Source: a virus
Lineage: Duplodnaviria; Caudoviricetes
DNA length: 33,959 nt
Virus record (IMG/VR): IMGVR_UViG_3300012940_000062
Location: 1-33,959 of that record
Reading direction: 5' to 3' (one strand)
How positions within the stretch are numbered: position 1 is the first letter of the stretch; each line of letters starts with the position of its first letter. The notes under the pieces are model-generated. The model was given only the letters and a program-made list of their open reading frames with translations. It was not told the DNA's origin and searched no databases. Below are positions 9,461 through 19,145 of the stretch, piece after piece. The translations under genes and the position numbers were made by a program.

Positions 9461-9904
9461 TCAGGAAGCGGCGACCTTCACGACGATCGTGTCGATCTCG
9501 ACCGTGGGATTCGCCATGATGATGCTGTCGGCACCATCGGTGTTCTCCGGATAGCCGAACACGCGGCCCTGGAAGTAGCGCTTGGCACCGTCCGGATAGG
9601 TCACCTCGAACGAATAGCGGTCGTTGCTGTCGGCCGCGGTCCGGAGCAAGGTCTGCCCGGCATCCTCGTCGTCGTGCGCCAGCGAGGGCTGCAGCGAACC
9701 ATAGTCCACCGAACCCTTGTGCTTCTGCTTCGGTCCCTTGAGGGGCTGAAACTCGACCTTGTTGAAGACGGCACCGATGGCGCCGATGCTCTCGATCTGG
9801 CCGACCTCGGTATAGGTCAGCGCGGCATAGCCGGTTTCGTCCTCCGTCGCCGGAGCAGCGGCCGAAATGGCGAGCGCCGTGCCCGCCGCAGTCGTGGAAC
9901 CCAT
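9461..9904 (-). CDS. Major tail tube protein
   Basis: 147 aa with tube-protein-like motifs (YTEVGQIESIG, KHKGSVDYG, DAGQTLL, YFQGRVF), CAGGAG RBS, expected position. Confidence 0.88.
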   Translation of the reverse strand: MGSTTAAGTALAISAAAPATEDETGYAALTYTEVGQIESIGAIGAVFNKVEFQPLKGPKQKHKGSVDYGSLQPSLAHDDEDAGQTLLRTAADSNDRYSFEVTYPDGAKRYFQGRVFGYPENTDGADSIIMANPTVEIDTIVVKVAAS

Positions 9905-9973
9905 GTCTTTTCTCCTGATGGGCGAGCCGGACTATGCCGGCGGGATACCGCCCGCTGCTGGCGGGCGATCTGG

Positions 9974-10162
9974 TCAGGCCGTGGCGACGATGCTCGCCGT
10001 GGCGGTTTTCGTGGTGGACTTCGGCGTCTCGTCGGTCACAAGGCCGGCGGCCTTGTAGTTGCCCAGCTCGCCGGCCGTCACATTGACCGGATCGTCCTTG
10101 GCGAACCGCTTGCCGGAGCCGCTGTCCTTGAAATCGCGCGTCGCATAGAAAGGCTTGCTCAT
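9974..10162 (-). CDS. Small hypothetical phage protein, 62 aa (MSKPFYATRDFKD...)
   Basis: Strong GAGGAGG RBS before ATG 10162. Fills the gap between tail terminator and tail tube genes. Confidence 0.7.
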   Translation of the reverse strand: MSKPFYATRDFKDSGSGKRFAKDDPVNVTAGELGNYKAAGLVTDETPKSTTKTATASIVATA

Positions 10163-10173
10163 CGTCGTCCTCC

Positions 10174-10575
10174 TCACATCATCGCGTCGAAACTGACGCG
10201 GAAATCCTGTGCCTGTTCGAAGCTGTTGCCGGGGCCGATCAGGTCGGGACCGAGGCCGGCTGTGAGGATCGAGACCCGCTCCGCTCCCCCGAGATCGCCG
10301 ACACGGCCAGCGCAGCAATCGCGCACGAGGCGGATGATCTCGCCCTGATCCCGGTAGCTGGCTGCCCGCACCGTGACGCTCACCCGCGCCACCGATCGAA
10401 CCCAGCCGGTGCGCCTCAGCGGCTGCCGGTCGACGAGGCTGACGACACGGACCAGCAGCGACGGGAGCGGCGCGGTCTCGGAGAGGACGCCGCCCTTGAT
10501 GTTGGCGACCGGCACCCGCGCGATCAGCGCCGCATGGGACCGGAGAAGCGCGCCCACGATGTCAGCGCCGGTCAT
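10174..10575 (-). CDS. Tail terminator/tail completion protein (DUF3168/gp17-like)
   Basis: 133 aa, position after the gp10-like gene, ATGA coupling. Confidence 0.75.
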   Translation of the reverse strand: MTGADIVGALLRSHAALIARVPVANIKGGVLSETAPLPSLLVRVVSLVDRQPLRRTGWVRSVARVSVTVRAASYRDQGEIIRLVRDCCAGRVGDLGGAERVSILTAGLGPDLIGPGNSFEQAQDFRVSFDAMM

Positions 10576-11114
10576 ACGTCCTCGCTTTCCGGCTCGGCAG
10601 GCTTGATGCCCCTCCTGCTCACGCGCGAATTGATGTAGGTCTGTGCTGCGGCGATGGCCTCGCCCTGCTTCACGTCGAGCGCAGGCCGAAGAAAAGGATG
10701 CGGACGCGCGCCCGGGTGAAACACGGTGGCGCCGACGAACTTGCCGTTGATGACCAGCGACCCGTCTCCGCCGGCTTCGCGCACCTTCTGGTTGATCCTG
10801 CGGACGCTCATGCCCGCGCGCTGGCGATCATCGACACTGATGAAGTGCGGCGCGGTGCCATATTCCAGCCAGGGCGCGATGTAGGATCCCGGACCTTTCA
10901 CCTGCACCTTCACGACGACGCGGCCCGGCTCGACCTTCGTCCTGCCGACCTTCACGGCCGCCGACACCTCGTCGGAGATCGAGCGAGCCTGCGCCTCTTC
11001 CGCGACCACCTTGGCGGCCGCGCGCGCTGCACCGCGAAGCAATTTCCGTTCGATCTCGCCGGGCAATTTGCCGATGAAAGCCTTGACCTCGCTTCGCCCC
11101 CGCACCTTCGGCAT
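10572..11114 (-). CDS. HK97 gp10-family neck protein
   Basis: Start at MPKVRG (11114, overlapping the upstream stop). Motifs WLEYGT and HPGARPHPFLRPALD. Confidence 0.88.
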   Translation of the reverse strand: MPKVRGRSEVKAFIGKLPGEIERKLLRGAARAAAKVVAEEAQARSISDEVSAAVKVGRTKVEPGRVVVKVQVKGPGSYIAPWLEYGTAPHFISVDDRQRAGMSVRRINQKVREAGGDGSLVINGKFVGATVFHPGARPHPFLRPALDVKQGEAIAAAQTYINSRVSRRGIKPAEPESEDV

Positions 11115-11467
11115 CAGGCGGTGTTCCCTGCCGGCTTGTAATCCTCGACCATGAACTCCAGCGCGACGCGGAAGCCGAGCTGGGCGGGCTCGGAGACGAT
11201 CTGCATGATGCGGTCGCCCATGACGAAGCGCATGTCGGTGGTGACGTCGGTGCGGTATCGGATGCGGACCCGCGCCGGCCGTGTCAGGGCATTGAGCCCG
11301 TCGGACACGCGCTCGCTCTTGCTCGGCAGCATGTCCTGCACGTTGGCCCAAACGGTCTTGAAAGGCTCCCAGCTGCCCGACCCGGCGCCGTCGAAGCTGT
11401 CATCCGGAACCGGCCGCTCGATCCGGATGCGCCGGTCATAATAGCCGGCATCTTCCCACGGATACAT
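11114..11467 (-). CDS. Head-closure/head-tail adaptor (SPP1 gp16-like)
   Basis: 117 aa; RRIRIERP...W...VWANV...RVRIRYRTDVTTDMR pattern. Confidence 0.88.
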   Translation of the reverse strand: MYPWEDAGYYDRRIRIERPVPDDSFDGAGSGSWEPFKTVWANVQDMLPSKSERVSDGLNALTRPARVRIRYRTDVTTDMRFVMGDRIMQIVSEPAQLGFRVALEFMVEDYKPAGNTA

Positions 11468-12120
11468 CAGAGCACCTTGCGGATATGGCGGCGCAGCAGC
11501 CGGCGCACCGAGCGTTCGGCATCGGCGGACAGCTTGCCGGCCTCGCGGTTGCGATAGAACTCCGCCACCATGACCAGCAGCGCCTGAATGACGGCAGCGG
11601 GGACGTCCTCGGGGCCGTCGAACCCGGCCGTGACGGTGATCGCGATGAGTCCCGGTCCGGACAGGGCGTCACTTGGCCAGCGGGTGGTCGGATAGACCCG
11701 CGCCGGCCGGGCACCCGCCATCGCGAAGAACGCCCCGGTGGCAAGCGCGGCCTCACCGGCAGCATTCCGGTAGGAGATCGCGTCGACGCTGACGATCGGC
11801 CAGGCGCGCAATTGGATCGACATGCCGAATTGGCCGAAGCGGTCGGCGCTTTCCACAAGCTGGCGCCGCGACAGGACATAGCCGGTGATGCCCTCGACCA
11901 TATCGACGGCCGCGGCAATGTAGCGCTCGATCAGCGCATCTTCGTCGCCATCGCTGTCGAGCTTCAGCTGTTCCTTCGCCATCTGGACCGTGATCGGCGG
12001 CACCGTGGCCGACGGCGTTGCCGAGGTGGCGCCGAGATAGATGGCATAGCGCTCGACAACCTGGGCGTCGGTATATTCGTCGCCAAGGTCGAGCAGCGCC
12101 CGCATTTCCGCGATCGTCAT
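11467..12120 (-). CDS. Head-tail connector (HK97 gp6/SPP1 gp15-like)
   Basis: ITVQMAKEQLKLD...EDALIERYIAAA...VPAAVIQALLVMVAEFYRNRE motifs, with a short N-terminal extension. Confidence 0.9.
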   Translation of the reverse strand: MTIAEMRALLDLGDEYTDAQVVERYAIYLGATSATPSATVPPITVQMAKEQLKLDSDGDEDALIERYIAAAVDMVEGITGYVLSRRQLVESADRFGQFGMSIQLRAWPIVSVDAISYRNAAGEAALATGAFFAMAGARPARVYPTTRWPSDALSGPGLIAITVTAGFDGPEDVPAAVIQALLVMVAEFYRNREAGKLSADAERSVRRLLRRHIRKVL

Positions 12121-12338
12121 TCGATCACCTCGAAGCGCGAAGTCCAGAACGGGCCGTCGGCGTCCTTCGTCGGCTTCAGCAGCACCGGCACCCCATTGAG
12201 GATGCCGGCGCCAGCCTTGCCCGGGGCCTTGCCGGCCCGGTTCGGGATGAACGACACGAAACCGCCGGCGACGCCCGCCATGCCCTCGAAGACGCCGGCG
12301 ATGATGAGCGGCTGACGGGTGCCGTTGTCGACGATCAT
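12117..12338 (-). CDS. Hypothetical virion-associated protein, 73 aa
   Basis: ATGA-coupled on both sides inside the morphogenesis operon. Confidence 0.7.
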   Translation of the reverse strand: MIVDNGTRQPLIIAGVFEGMAGVAGGFVSFIPNRAGKAPGKAGAGILNGVPVLLKPTKDADGPFWTSRFEVIE

Positions 12339-12826
12339 AGCTGCCTCACGGTCAGGACCGCCGTCCGCTCAAGGCGATGCTGCTTGCTGGTGAGGATGCG
12401 GAACGTCACCGGCACCTGCGCGCCGGCCGCGTCGAACGGGGCCGTGTCTTGCATCGCCGGATCGACGGCAAACCATATCTGTATGCGCCGGCCGCCATCA
12501 TCGTCGACGACGGGCGCAAAGCCCGCCTCCTGATCGATGATCACGCCGAGCGCGGCGCCGGCCGACGACAGCGCGATCAGCTCGACCTCGGAGATGGTCT
12601 CGCCTTCCTCAAGCACGGCGTCGAACGAGAAGCCGTAGGGAAGATGGTCGGCGGGATCGAACGGCTGCTGCCAGCGGGCGGCGCCGAACGGGATGCCGGT
12701 GCCCATGGCCGCCGCTGCCTGCAGCTTCGCGGCCACCGCGACGCGCTCATCGGGAACGTCGAACACGCCGGTTTCCACTCCACTCTGCTCGGGGATGACG
12801 CCGGCGGCCAGCAGAAGCGTAAGCAT
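12335..12826 (-). CDS. Hypothetical virion protein, possible fibre adaptor, 163 aa
   Basis: Tightly packed with neighbours. C-terminal beta-rich domain (PFDPADHLPYGFSF...RLERTAVLTVRQL). Function is inference. Confidence 0.7.
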   Translation of the reverse strand: MLTLLLAAGVIPEQSGVETGVFDVPDERVAVAAKLQAAAAMGTGIPFGAARWQQPFDPADHLPYGFSFDAVLEEGETISEVELIALSSAGAALGVIIDQEAGFAPVVDDDGGRRIQIWFAVDPAMQDTAPFDAAGAQVPVTFRILTSKQHRLERTAVLTVRQL

Positions 12827-12829
12827 AGC

Positions 12830-13498
12830 TTACCAGCCTGTCAGGCCGCTCGCGGTGCTGGTATCGCGGATGTGCGACGCCACCAGCGGGAAAAAGCCCG
12901 CGGGCACTTCGATGGTTTCATCCGATCCCGCGCCGGGAAAGCGAAAGACGATCGTGCCGCCCGTCACCACCGATATGGCGGCGGTCTCGCGCTCGAGCGG
13001 GTCGCTGGCATGCGGAGTGATCGGGAAGGGCGCGCCGGAGGTGCGCAGGGCCTCGATCGCCGCTGTCGCCTCGTCTTGCTTGGCAGCCGTCGCCGCTCCG
13101 GTGGGCAGGGGCAATGCGTCCGCAGATATGGAAAAGGACGCATCCGTCGCGGGCACGATCGACAGCGACGCCGCGGCGGCCTTCGCGCCCAGGGTGGCCG
13201 GCAGCGCCTCGGCGGTGATAGCGAAACTCGCTCCGGTTGCCGGGACAATCGAGAACGACGCGTTGGCGGCCTTGGCGCCGAGGCTCGCCGGGAACTTGGC
13301 GCTGACGGCAGCGAGCGTCTCTTCGCTCGCGGCGCCCTCCGGCAGGGGAAGGGATTCGGCGCTGACCGGCTGCGTGTCCGGATACATCTGCGCGGGGCTG
13401 CCGGCCTGGTCGAAGAGGATCGCCCGATTGTAGACCTTGCCGCCGATCGTCTCGGCAATGTCGGTGCCCGTCGGTAGCGGCGTGGTGGTTGCGCTCAT
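12830..13498 (-). CDS. Ala-rich repeat protein, possible head fibre/decoration, 222 aa
   Basis: GAGG RBS. Tandem ~29-aa repeat (PASLGAKAANASFSIVPATGASFAI / PATLGAKAAAASLSIVPATDASFSI) flanked by LPLPxGAA. Confidence 0.75.
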   Translation of the reverse strand: MSATTTPLPTGTDIAETIGGKVYNRAILFDQAGSPAQMYPDTQPVSAESLPLPEGAASEETLAAVSAKFPASLGAKAANASFSIVPATGASFAITAEALPATLGAKAAAASLSIVPATDASFSISADALPLPTGAATAAKQDEATAAIEALRTSGAPFPITPHASDPLERETAAISVVTGGTIVFRFPGAGSDETIEVPAGFFPLVASHIRDTSTASGLTGW

Positions 13499-13514
13499 CG
13501 GTTTACCTCAAGAT

Positions 13515-13548
13515 GAAGGATGGCAGGCCGGCGAACCGGCCCGCCATG
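13515..13548 (-). terminator. Strong hairpin after the capsid/72-aa genes (terminator or mRNA stabiliser)
   Basis: ATGGCGGGCCGG-TTCG-CCGGCCTGCCAT followed by CCTTC; the U tract is weak. Confidence 0.45.
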
Positions 13549-13551
13549 GGA

Positions 13552-13770
13552 TCAGTCGGCCTTGCCCTTCAGGTTGCGCTCGACCGCTTCCTGTCCGCTG
13601 ATCGTCGGATCGTTGAAGTCGATGCGGTTCTGATCGGCGGTGGTGCCGGCGCGCGGATCGTTGTCGACGGCGGGATGGGCCATGTCGACGTCGGGCACGA
13701 TCTGCTGGGGCGCGCCGGAGGTGTCGACCTCGGTCGCGGGCGGAACCGTTTCCGCTTTCTTGGTGGTCAT
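13552..13770 (-). CDS. Small acidic hypothetical protein downstream of capsid, 72 aa
   Basis: CAGGAG RBS and position after the major capsid gene. Confidence 0.8.
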   Translation of the reverse strand: MTTKKAETVPPATEVDTSGAPQQIVPDVDMAHPAVDNDPRAGTTADQNRIDFNDPTISGQEAVERNLKGKAD

Positions 13771-13856
13771 GGTGGGTCTCCTGCAGTTGACCGAAACGGC
13801 GCATCCAGCGCCGCTTCGAGCAACCGGGGCAGCCGAAACCGCCCCGGAGCCCGAGA

Positions 13857-15137
13857 TCAGGCGCCGGTCCCGATCTTCAGAGCGCGCATCGGCTCGGGAT
13901 TGTGGACGCCGCCGCCGACCCGCTTGGTCGTGTAGAAGTGGACGAACGGCTTGTTGGTGTAGGGATCGCGCAGCACGCGGATGCCCACGCGATCGATCAC
14001 CAGATAGGTGGCATCCATGTCGCCATAGAGCGCTGCGATTGCGTCGGCCGCGATGGCGGGCATGCCCGGAACCTCGACGACGGTTTCGCCGGCCAGCGTC
14101 TGCGGCTGACCCGAAGCGTAGCTCGGCTGCCAGAGATATACGCCGTTGCCATCCTTGAGCTTGCGCACCGCCAGCATCGACTGCCGGTTGATGAACAGCT
14201 TGGCGTTGGCCGTGAACTCGCTCGGAAGCGAGTAGACCAGATCGAGAATGCCGTCGGCGGTGACGGCGGCGGCGGCACCGCTGTTGACCACCGGGATCGC
14301 GCCGAACGGATGCCGATCGTCGTTCGCGGCGCCGGTGACATAGGTCAGGATACCGTGCGGCTTGTTGGTGCCGTCGCCAGACAGGAACGCGATGCCCTCC
14401 TGCCGGGCGAACTCGGTATCGACCTCATCGCCGAGCCAGCTTTCCAGATCGACGGCCGCGTCATCCAGAAGCTGCTGGCTGATCGCGGGGTTGGCGTAGA
14501 TCTCGCCGGTATTGAACTCCAGCGCTCCGATCTGCGGGGTGGTGGTGGCCGGACGGCTGGCGGTCTCGCCAACCCAGCCGGAACCGACCGCGCGGTCGTT
14601 GAACAGCTTCTTGAAGCCCGCGGTGGAAATCGTGACCACCCTGGCATGAGCGCGGATCGGACTGATCTGCTTCAGCTTGTTGGTGATCGTGCGATCCCAT
14701 TCGACGGGCGCGAGGTAGCCGCCATCGGCATCGGTGCCCTTGGACATGGCCGCCTGAATGTCGGCAGGCGCGCGGTCGCCCTTACGCATGTGCGCCTTGA
14801 AGGCGGCCGTATATTCCGGGTCCGCCTTCAGATCGCCAATGATGGCGTCGCCATGCTCGCCGAGCTTGCCCAGGGCGATGATCTTGGCCTGATCGTCGAC
14901 CGCCGCCTGAAGCTCGCCGATTGCCTCGTTGATCTTCTCCAGCGTCTCGGTCGTGACCACGTCCGTCTTGCCGGCCTTGATCTCTTCCAGCTGCTCGGTG
15001 TGCTTCGCCTTGAACGCCTCGAAAGCGACGTTCAGATCCTCGATCGAAGCGATCTTCTTGGGCTGGGCTTCGGCGCGAACGGCAAGAAGGCCCCGGCCCG
15101 TCGCGGCCCGGCCGCGCAGGTTCGTCATCATGTTCAT
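13857..15137 (-). CDS. Major capsid protein, HK97 family
   Basis: 426 aa, N-terminal coiled-coil delta domain, motifs DGGYLAP, WVGET, ISQQLLDD, KDGNGVYLWQP, LRDPYT, RVGGGV. Confidence 0.97.
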   Translation of the reverse strand: MNMMTNLRGRAATGRGLLAVRAEAQPKKIASIEDLNVAFEAFKAKHTEQLEEIKAGKTDVVTTETLEKINEAIGELQAAVDDQAKIIALGKLGEHGDAIIGDLKADPEYTAAFKAHMRKGDRAPADIQAAMSKGTDADGGYLAPVEWDRTITNKLKQISPIRAHARVVTISTAGFKKLFNDRAVGSGWVGETASRPATTTPQIGALEFNTGEIYANPAISQQLLDDAAVDLESWLGDEVDTEFARQEGIAFLSGDGTNKPHGILTYVTGAANDDRHPFGAIPVVNSGAAAAVTADGILDLVYSLPSEFTANAKLFINRQSMLAVRKLKDGNGVYLWQPSYASGQPQTLAGETVVEVPGMPAIAADAIAALYGDMDATYLVIDRVGIRVLRDPYTNKPFVHFYTTKRVGGGVHNPEPMRALKIGTGA

Positions 15138-15150
15138 GTTTGCGTTTCCT

Positions 15151-16008
15151 CTACGGGATGAGGGCGGTGAGCCCGGAAAACCACGGTTCGGGTTCTTCGC
15201 CAGCGCGCGGCGTGGCAGGGTCGGCAGCGTTTTGCGTGCCTATCGCGCGATACAGGTCACGACGCGCTGAGCGCGGCATGTCATGCTTCGCGAGAAAGCG
15301 GTCGAGCGACGCCTTGTCACTCGGGAAATCTGCTGAAGCCTGATAGACGGGCATCTGCGCCTCACGGTCCATCAGCATGTCAGCGAGGCCAGCGTCGATC
15401 GCCTCCTGGCCCCGGAAATAGACGTCCTTCCCGGCAATCATCGCCGCGAACTCGTCGGCCGTGCGGCCCGATCGCGCGGCATAGGTCTCCGCCATGGCCT
15501 GGTCGAGATGCCCCAGCACCGCGATAGCATCGGTCATGTCTGTCTTCGTGCCGAAGAACAGGCCGCGCGCCTCATGGATCATGATCTCAGCGTTGTGCGC
15601 GACGGCGATGCTGTCCCCAGCCATCGCCACGACCGAAGCGGCTGAGGCGGCAATGCCCAGCACTTCGACGTCGACGGGAGCATCGTGACGGCGCAGCAGA
15701 TTATAGATCGCCACGCCCTCGAAATAGTTGCCACCGGGCGAGTTCATCTCGACCGTAAGGGGCTTTCCGGCGACTGTGCGCAGGATCGCGCCTACCTTCT
15801 TCGCGGTGACGCCACCGCCTTCGCCATCGTCACCGATATAGTCGAAGATCGAGAGGGTTGCCCGACCGCTATCGGCCGCCTTGACCTCGAACCGACGGAA
15901 ATCGTCCGCGAGCGCGACCGTCTCGAATTTCCAGCCATCGCCGTCGCCGATGCCGGCGATTTCGGGCGGGCGGGCAGCGCGCACGGCGCGGAGGCCCCTA
16001 TGCAGCAT
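15151..16008 (-). CDS. Prohead maturation protease, ClpP (S14) type
   Basis: NSPGG, AASAAS (catalytic Ser) and IMIH motifs. ATG 16008 follows GAGGAG and overlaps the portal stop. Confidence 0.93.
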   Translation of the reverse strand: MLHRGLRAVRAARPPEIAGIGDGDGWKFETVALADDFRRFEVKAADSGRATLSIFDYIGDDGEGGGVTAKKVGAILRTVAGKPLTVEMNSPGGNYFEGVAIYNLLRRHDAPVDVEVLGIAASAASVVAMAGDSIAVAHNAEIMIHEARGLFFGTKTDMTDAIAVLGHLDQAMAETYAARSGRTADEFAAMIAGKDVYFRGQEAIDAGLADMLMDREAQMPVYQASADFPSDKASLDRFLAKHDMPRSARRDLYRAIGTQNAADPATPRAGEEPEPWFSGLTALIP

Positions 16009-17290
16009 CGGCAAGCTCCTCTTGCATGATCGCATTCGCTGTGGTGCCGGCGCGCGGCAGATCGTCGCCGCCGGCGATCGGATTGCGGTCCTGGGTCTCC
16101 CGGGCCTCGTTCTGCGTCATGTAGCCGACGTTCGGCCCGAGGGCGGCTTTCAGGAACTCCGCCTGATCCTTGAGAGAGCCGCGTAGCAACGCGCCCTCGT
16201 TATATTTGGCGTAATAGGTCTGCTGCTCGACCGGCGTCAGAAGCCATGTCCAGACCGCTTCCTCCCATATGACGAACCATGGCATCAGGCAGTAGGTGAC
16301 AAAGAACAGGCCCAGCTGCTCGATGCCGCTGCCCCAGCTCGTCTCATCGAACATGAGCAGGGGGCGCGGCACGCCGGTAAAGCGGGAAACCTCCTCCGCC
16401 TCCCGCTTCATGATGTTGACGAGATCGGCGTCACGCGCGGTTGAGGCGAACAGCTTGGCCTTCAACCCCTCTTCGAGGATCAGCCAGTCGTTGACGGCGC
16501 CGCTGCCCGCATAGTCCTCGCGCAAGCTGGCCTTGAGGTTCTCGATCGCCTCGTCGCCGAGCGATTGGTCGGTCTCCAGCGCCCCGCGCGCCATCGTGCC
16601 GTTGACGAGCAGCCGGGACGCCGCCTGCTGCGCACGGACCGCCAGTCCCAAGGTGTCGGCGGCGACGTCGAGGAGCGGAATGCCGTTGATGCCGTCCAGC
16701 GTCAGCGGCGAACCGAAATGAAACACATCGCCCGCCTGCAGCACGCGGGCGCCGCCCTTCTTCGGCTGATAGTCGAAAACGAGATCGTAATTGTCGGTCA
16801 GCCGCGGCTTGCAGGATCGCCGCTCCAGCGGGATCAACTGGCGGACGGAGCCGCGAGACTGGATCTTTAGCGCATAAGCACCCCCATCGAGCAGGGCGCA
16901 CATCTGCATGTAGCTCTTGAAGCGGCTCGCGGTCTGGAAAGCGTTCGGCTTGCGGTGCAGGACATTGAACAGCGGATGATCGGTGGCCTTCTCCACCATC
17001 TCGCCCTTGCGGCGACGCAGATGGAGCGGGAGCATCCCCATCGATGCGGACTGGAGCCACATCGCGCGAAAGAAGGTGCTGTTCCGAAGCGCCATCCGGT
17101 CGCTGACCGGAACGCCTGCGACGCCGGTGCGGCCGCCTCGCATCATTTCCAGCAGCGCGGGGTCGCCGAGATCATAGGCGTCATAGGCGACGATCGGCCC
17201 GCTCAGCTGCGCCGAGCCGGCCTGGCGCGGAGCGTCCGACCGCCGGTAGCCGGCCGAGCGCCGATAATCATCGGGGGACAATACAGCCAT
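15998..17290 (-). CDS. Portal protein, HK97 family
   Basis: 430 aa; HPLFNVLHRKPNAFQT, ILEEGL, FTGVP, SWGSGIEQ and MTQNEAR motifs; GGGAGG RBS. Confidence 0.96.
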   Translation of the reverse strand: MAVLSPDDYRRSAGYRRSDAPRQAGSAQLSGPIVAYDAYDLGDPALLEMMRGGRTGVAGVPVSDRMALRNSTFFRAMWLQSASMGMLPLHLRRRKGEMVEKATDHPLFNVLHRKPNAFQTASRFKSYMQMCALLDGGAYALKIQSRGSVRQLIPLERRSCKPRLTDNYDLVFDYQPKKGGARVLQAGDVFHFGSPLTLDGINGIPLLDVAADTLGLAVRAQQAASRLLVNGTMARGALETDQSLGDEAIENLKASLREDYAGSGAVNDWLILEEGLKAKLFASTARDADLVNIMKREAEEVSRFTGVPRPLLMFDETSWGSGIEQLGLFFVTYCLMPWFVIWEEAVWTWLLTPVEQQTYYAKYNEGALLRGSLKDQAEFLKAALGPNVGYMTQNEARETQDRNPIAGGDDLPRAGTTANAIMQEELADAA

Positions 17291-17300
17291 TCGTCCTCCC

Positions 17301-19145
17301 TCAGCGCAACCGGATCACGCCGCGAGAGGCGTAAACGGATTTCTTCTTCGGCTTTTCGTTGGCGGTGGCAGCGCCAACGCCCATCGCGATCGTCACCATG
17401 CCGTCGATCCGTCCTCGCGAGCGCTTCTTGTCGAAAGCCCTGTTGCCCTGGCCGTCAGTGTCGAGCGCGACATTGGCCGCGCAGCTATACGTCACCGGCG
17501 AGGCGTCGATGATGATCCGCTGCTCTAGGATCCGATCCTCGGTGCGCGTGATCGAATGCGGCATGCACAGCTGCCGATCCTCGAACATGATCCGCTTGCC
17601 CTGGGCATGCTTCACGATCTTGAGGCCCCGGCCCTCGGGCTTGCCCGGCCCTTCCCACAGCCACCACACGACGCCGACCTCCGTCAGCGCATCGGTGAAA
17701 GCGGTCAGGAACGCCGGATCGACAACCAGCGCCTCGATATCATGCTCCGCATGCAGCTGCGCGACCTGCTCCGCGACGAAGGTGTAATCGATCGTCGGGC
17801 CGGGCGTGGCGGTCAGATAACCGTCCTCTACCCATTCGACATAGGGGGCGTGATCGGCTTCGGCGCGATCCTCAAGCCCATCTCTCGCCGTCCAATACCA
17901 CGTCTTCGACGTCAGCAGGTCGTTGGCCAGCTTCCATGTGCCGGTCAGCGCAGTAAGGTCGTTCTTCGCCGAGAGATCGAGGGACAGCCAGCACTTGTTG
18001 CCGACCATCGCCTTGGCCTCGACGGCGCCCTGCACCGCCGCCCAGCTCTCTTCCCTGATCCAGAAATCGACGGCGCCGATGTCTATCCCGAAATAGAGCC
18101 GCTTCACGCTCGATTTGGTCGAGGGTCGCAGATTGGCGGCCGCCACGACCGACCGAAGGTTCTCGATCGGGAAGGTCTCGCCGAGCGCAGGCAGCGCCTT
18201 CCCCCAGCAGGATTCGTTCTCGAAGACGGTTTCGCGATCATCCTTGTCGACGCGGGCGATGAAGGCGAACGCCGTATCGTCGCGGGCCTCGCCCCGGACG
18301 ATCTGCTGATACATGTCCGAATAGCTGGTGCCGACCAGCTGTGTCGTCGCCGGCGTGTTCGTGCCCTTCAGGAACAGGGCGTTGCCAGCCACCTTGTCGA
18401 TCGCGCGCTGCCACGTCTCGATGGCATGATCCGACTTGAACTCGTGGATCTCGTCGCCGCCGACGAAGGTCGGACGCGGCCCCGACTGGCTGTCGCCGCC
18501 AGCCAGCGTGCGGAAGAACGAGCCGCTGTCGGGATGCTCGATCTTCCACGCGTTATCCAGCTCGCCGCGGATGATTACTTCGCCGAGCGATTCGAGCGAC
18601 GTGCCCTCATCCTCGTCCGGCACCTGGCCGCGGCACATCGACACCGCGTCTCTGAACATCACGTTCGCTGTGGCCTTGTCCTGCCCGATCGCGTAGCACT
18701 GCGCGTGCGGAATGCCGTCCCAGCCCATAAGATAGACGCCGATCGCGCCCATCAGCGGCGACTTCGCCTGCCCCTTGCCGGTCTCCAGCCAGCCCTTGCG
18801 AAAGCGGCGCAATCCGTTGGAATTATGCCAGCCGAACAGGCTGCCGACGACGAACGTGTGCCACCCGAGCAGATGGAACGGCTGGCCCGCCCTCGGCCCG
18901 TCGGCGACCGAGAACACGGCCGGGAAGTAGTTCAGCGTGTGCGCCGCCAACTCCGGCCGCCAATGCAATCCCCGCGCCGGCCCGTCGCGCATATCCCGCA
19001 AGTGCCGCTCGGCGGCGTGCTTGACGAGATCGCCGGCCTTCCACGGCAACTTGTCCGCCAGCGCATCCTTGGCCCAGGCGGTGGTCGGATCGTCAGCCCT
19101 TGACCGACTTGAGGTAGTTCGACGCGGCGGTCTTTTTGCGGGCAT
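17301..19145 (-). CDS. terL: Terminase large subunit
   Basis: Walker A GKGQAKS, Walker B DEIHE, nuclease LDLS...DL and RIDG motifs. Start uncertain because it overlaps terS. Confidence 0.95.
   Translation of the reverse strand: MPAKRPPRRTTSSRSRADDPTTAWAKDALADKLPWKAGDLVKHAAERHLRDMRDGPARGLHWRPELAAHTLNYFPAVFSVADGPRAGQPFHLLGWHTFVVGSLFGWHNSNGLRRFRKGWLETGKGQAKSPLMGAIGVYLMGWDGIPHAQCYAIGQDKATANVMFRDAVSMCRGQVPDEDEGTSLESLGEVIIRGELDNAWKIEHPDSGSFFRTLAGGDSQSGPRPTFVGGDEIHEFKSDHAIETWQRAIDKVAGNALFLKGTNTPATTQLVGTSYSDMYQQIVRGEARDDTAFAFIARVDKDDRETVFENESCWGKALPALGETFPIENLRSVVAAANLRPSTKSSVKRLYFGIDIGAVDFWIREESWAAVQGAVEAKAMVGNKCWLSLDLSAKNDLTALTGTWKLANDLLTSKTWYWTARDGLEDRAEADHAPYVEWVEDGYLTATPGPTIDYTFVAEQVAQLHAEHDIEALVVDPAFLTAFTDALTEVGVVWWLWEGPGKPEGRGLKIVKHAQGKRIMFEDRQLCMPHSITRTEDRILEQRIIIDASPVTYSCAANVALDTDGQGNRAFDKKRSRGRIDGMVTIAMGVGAATANEKPKKKSVYASRGVIRLR

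Noticed and set aside
15-19103. Long + strand ORFs such as 1005..2651, 3368..5515, 5600..6856, 13902..15161 and 17556..19103
   Set aside because: Antisense shadows of real minus-strand genes in high-GC DNA; Arg/Gly-rich with no recognisable motifs.
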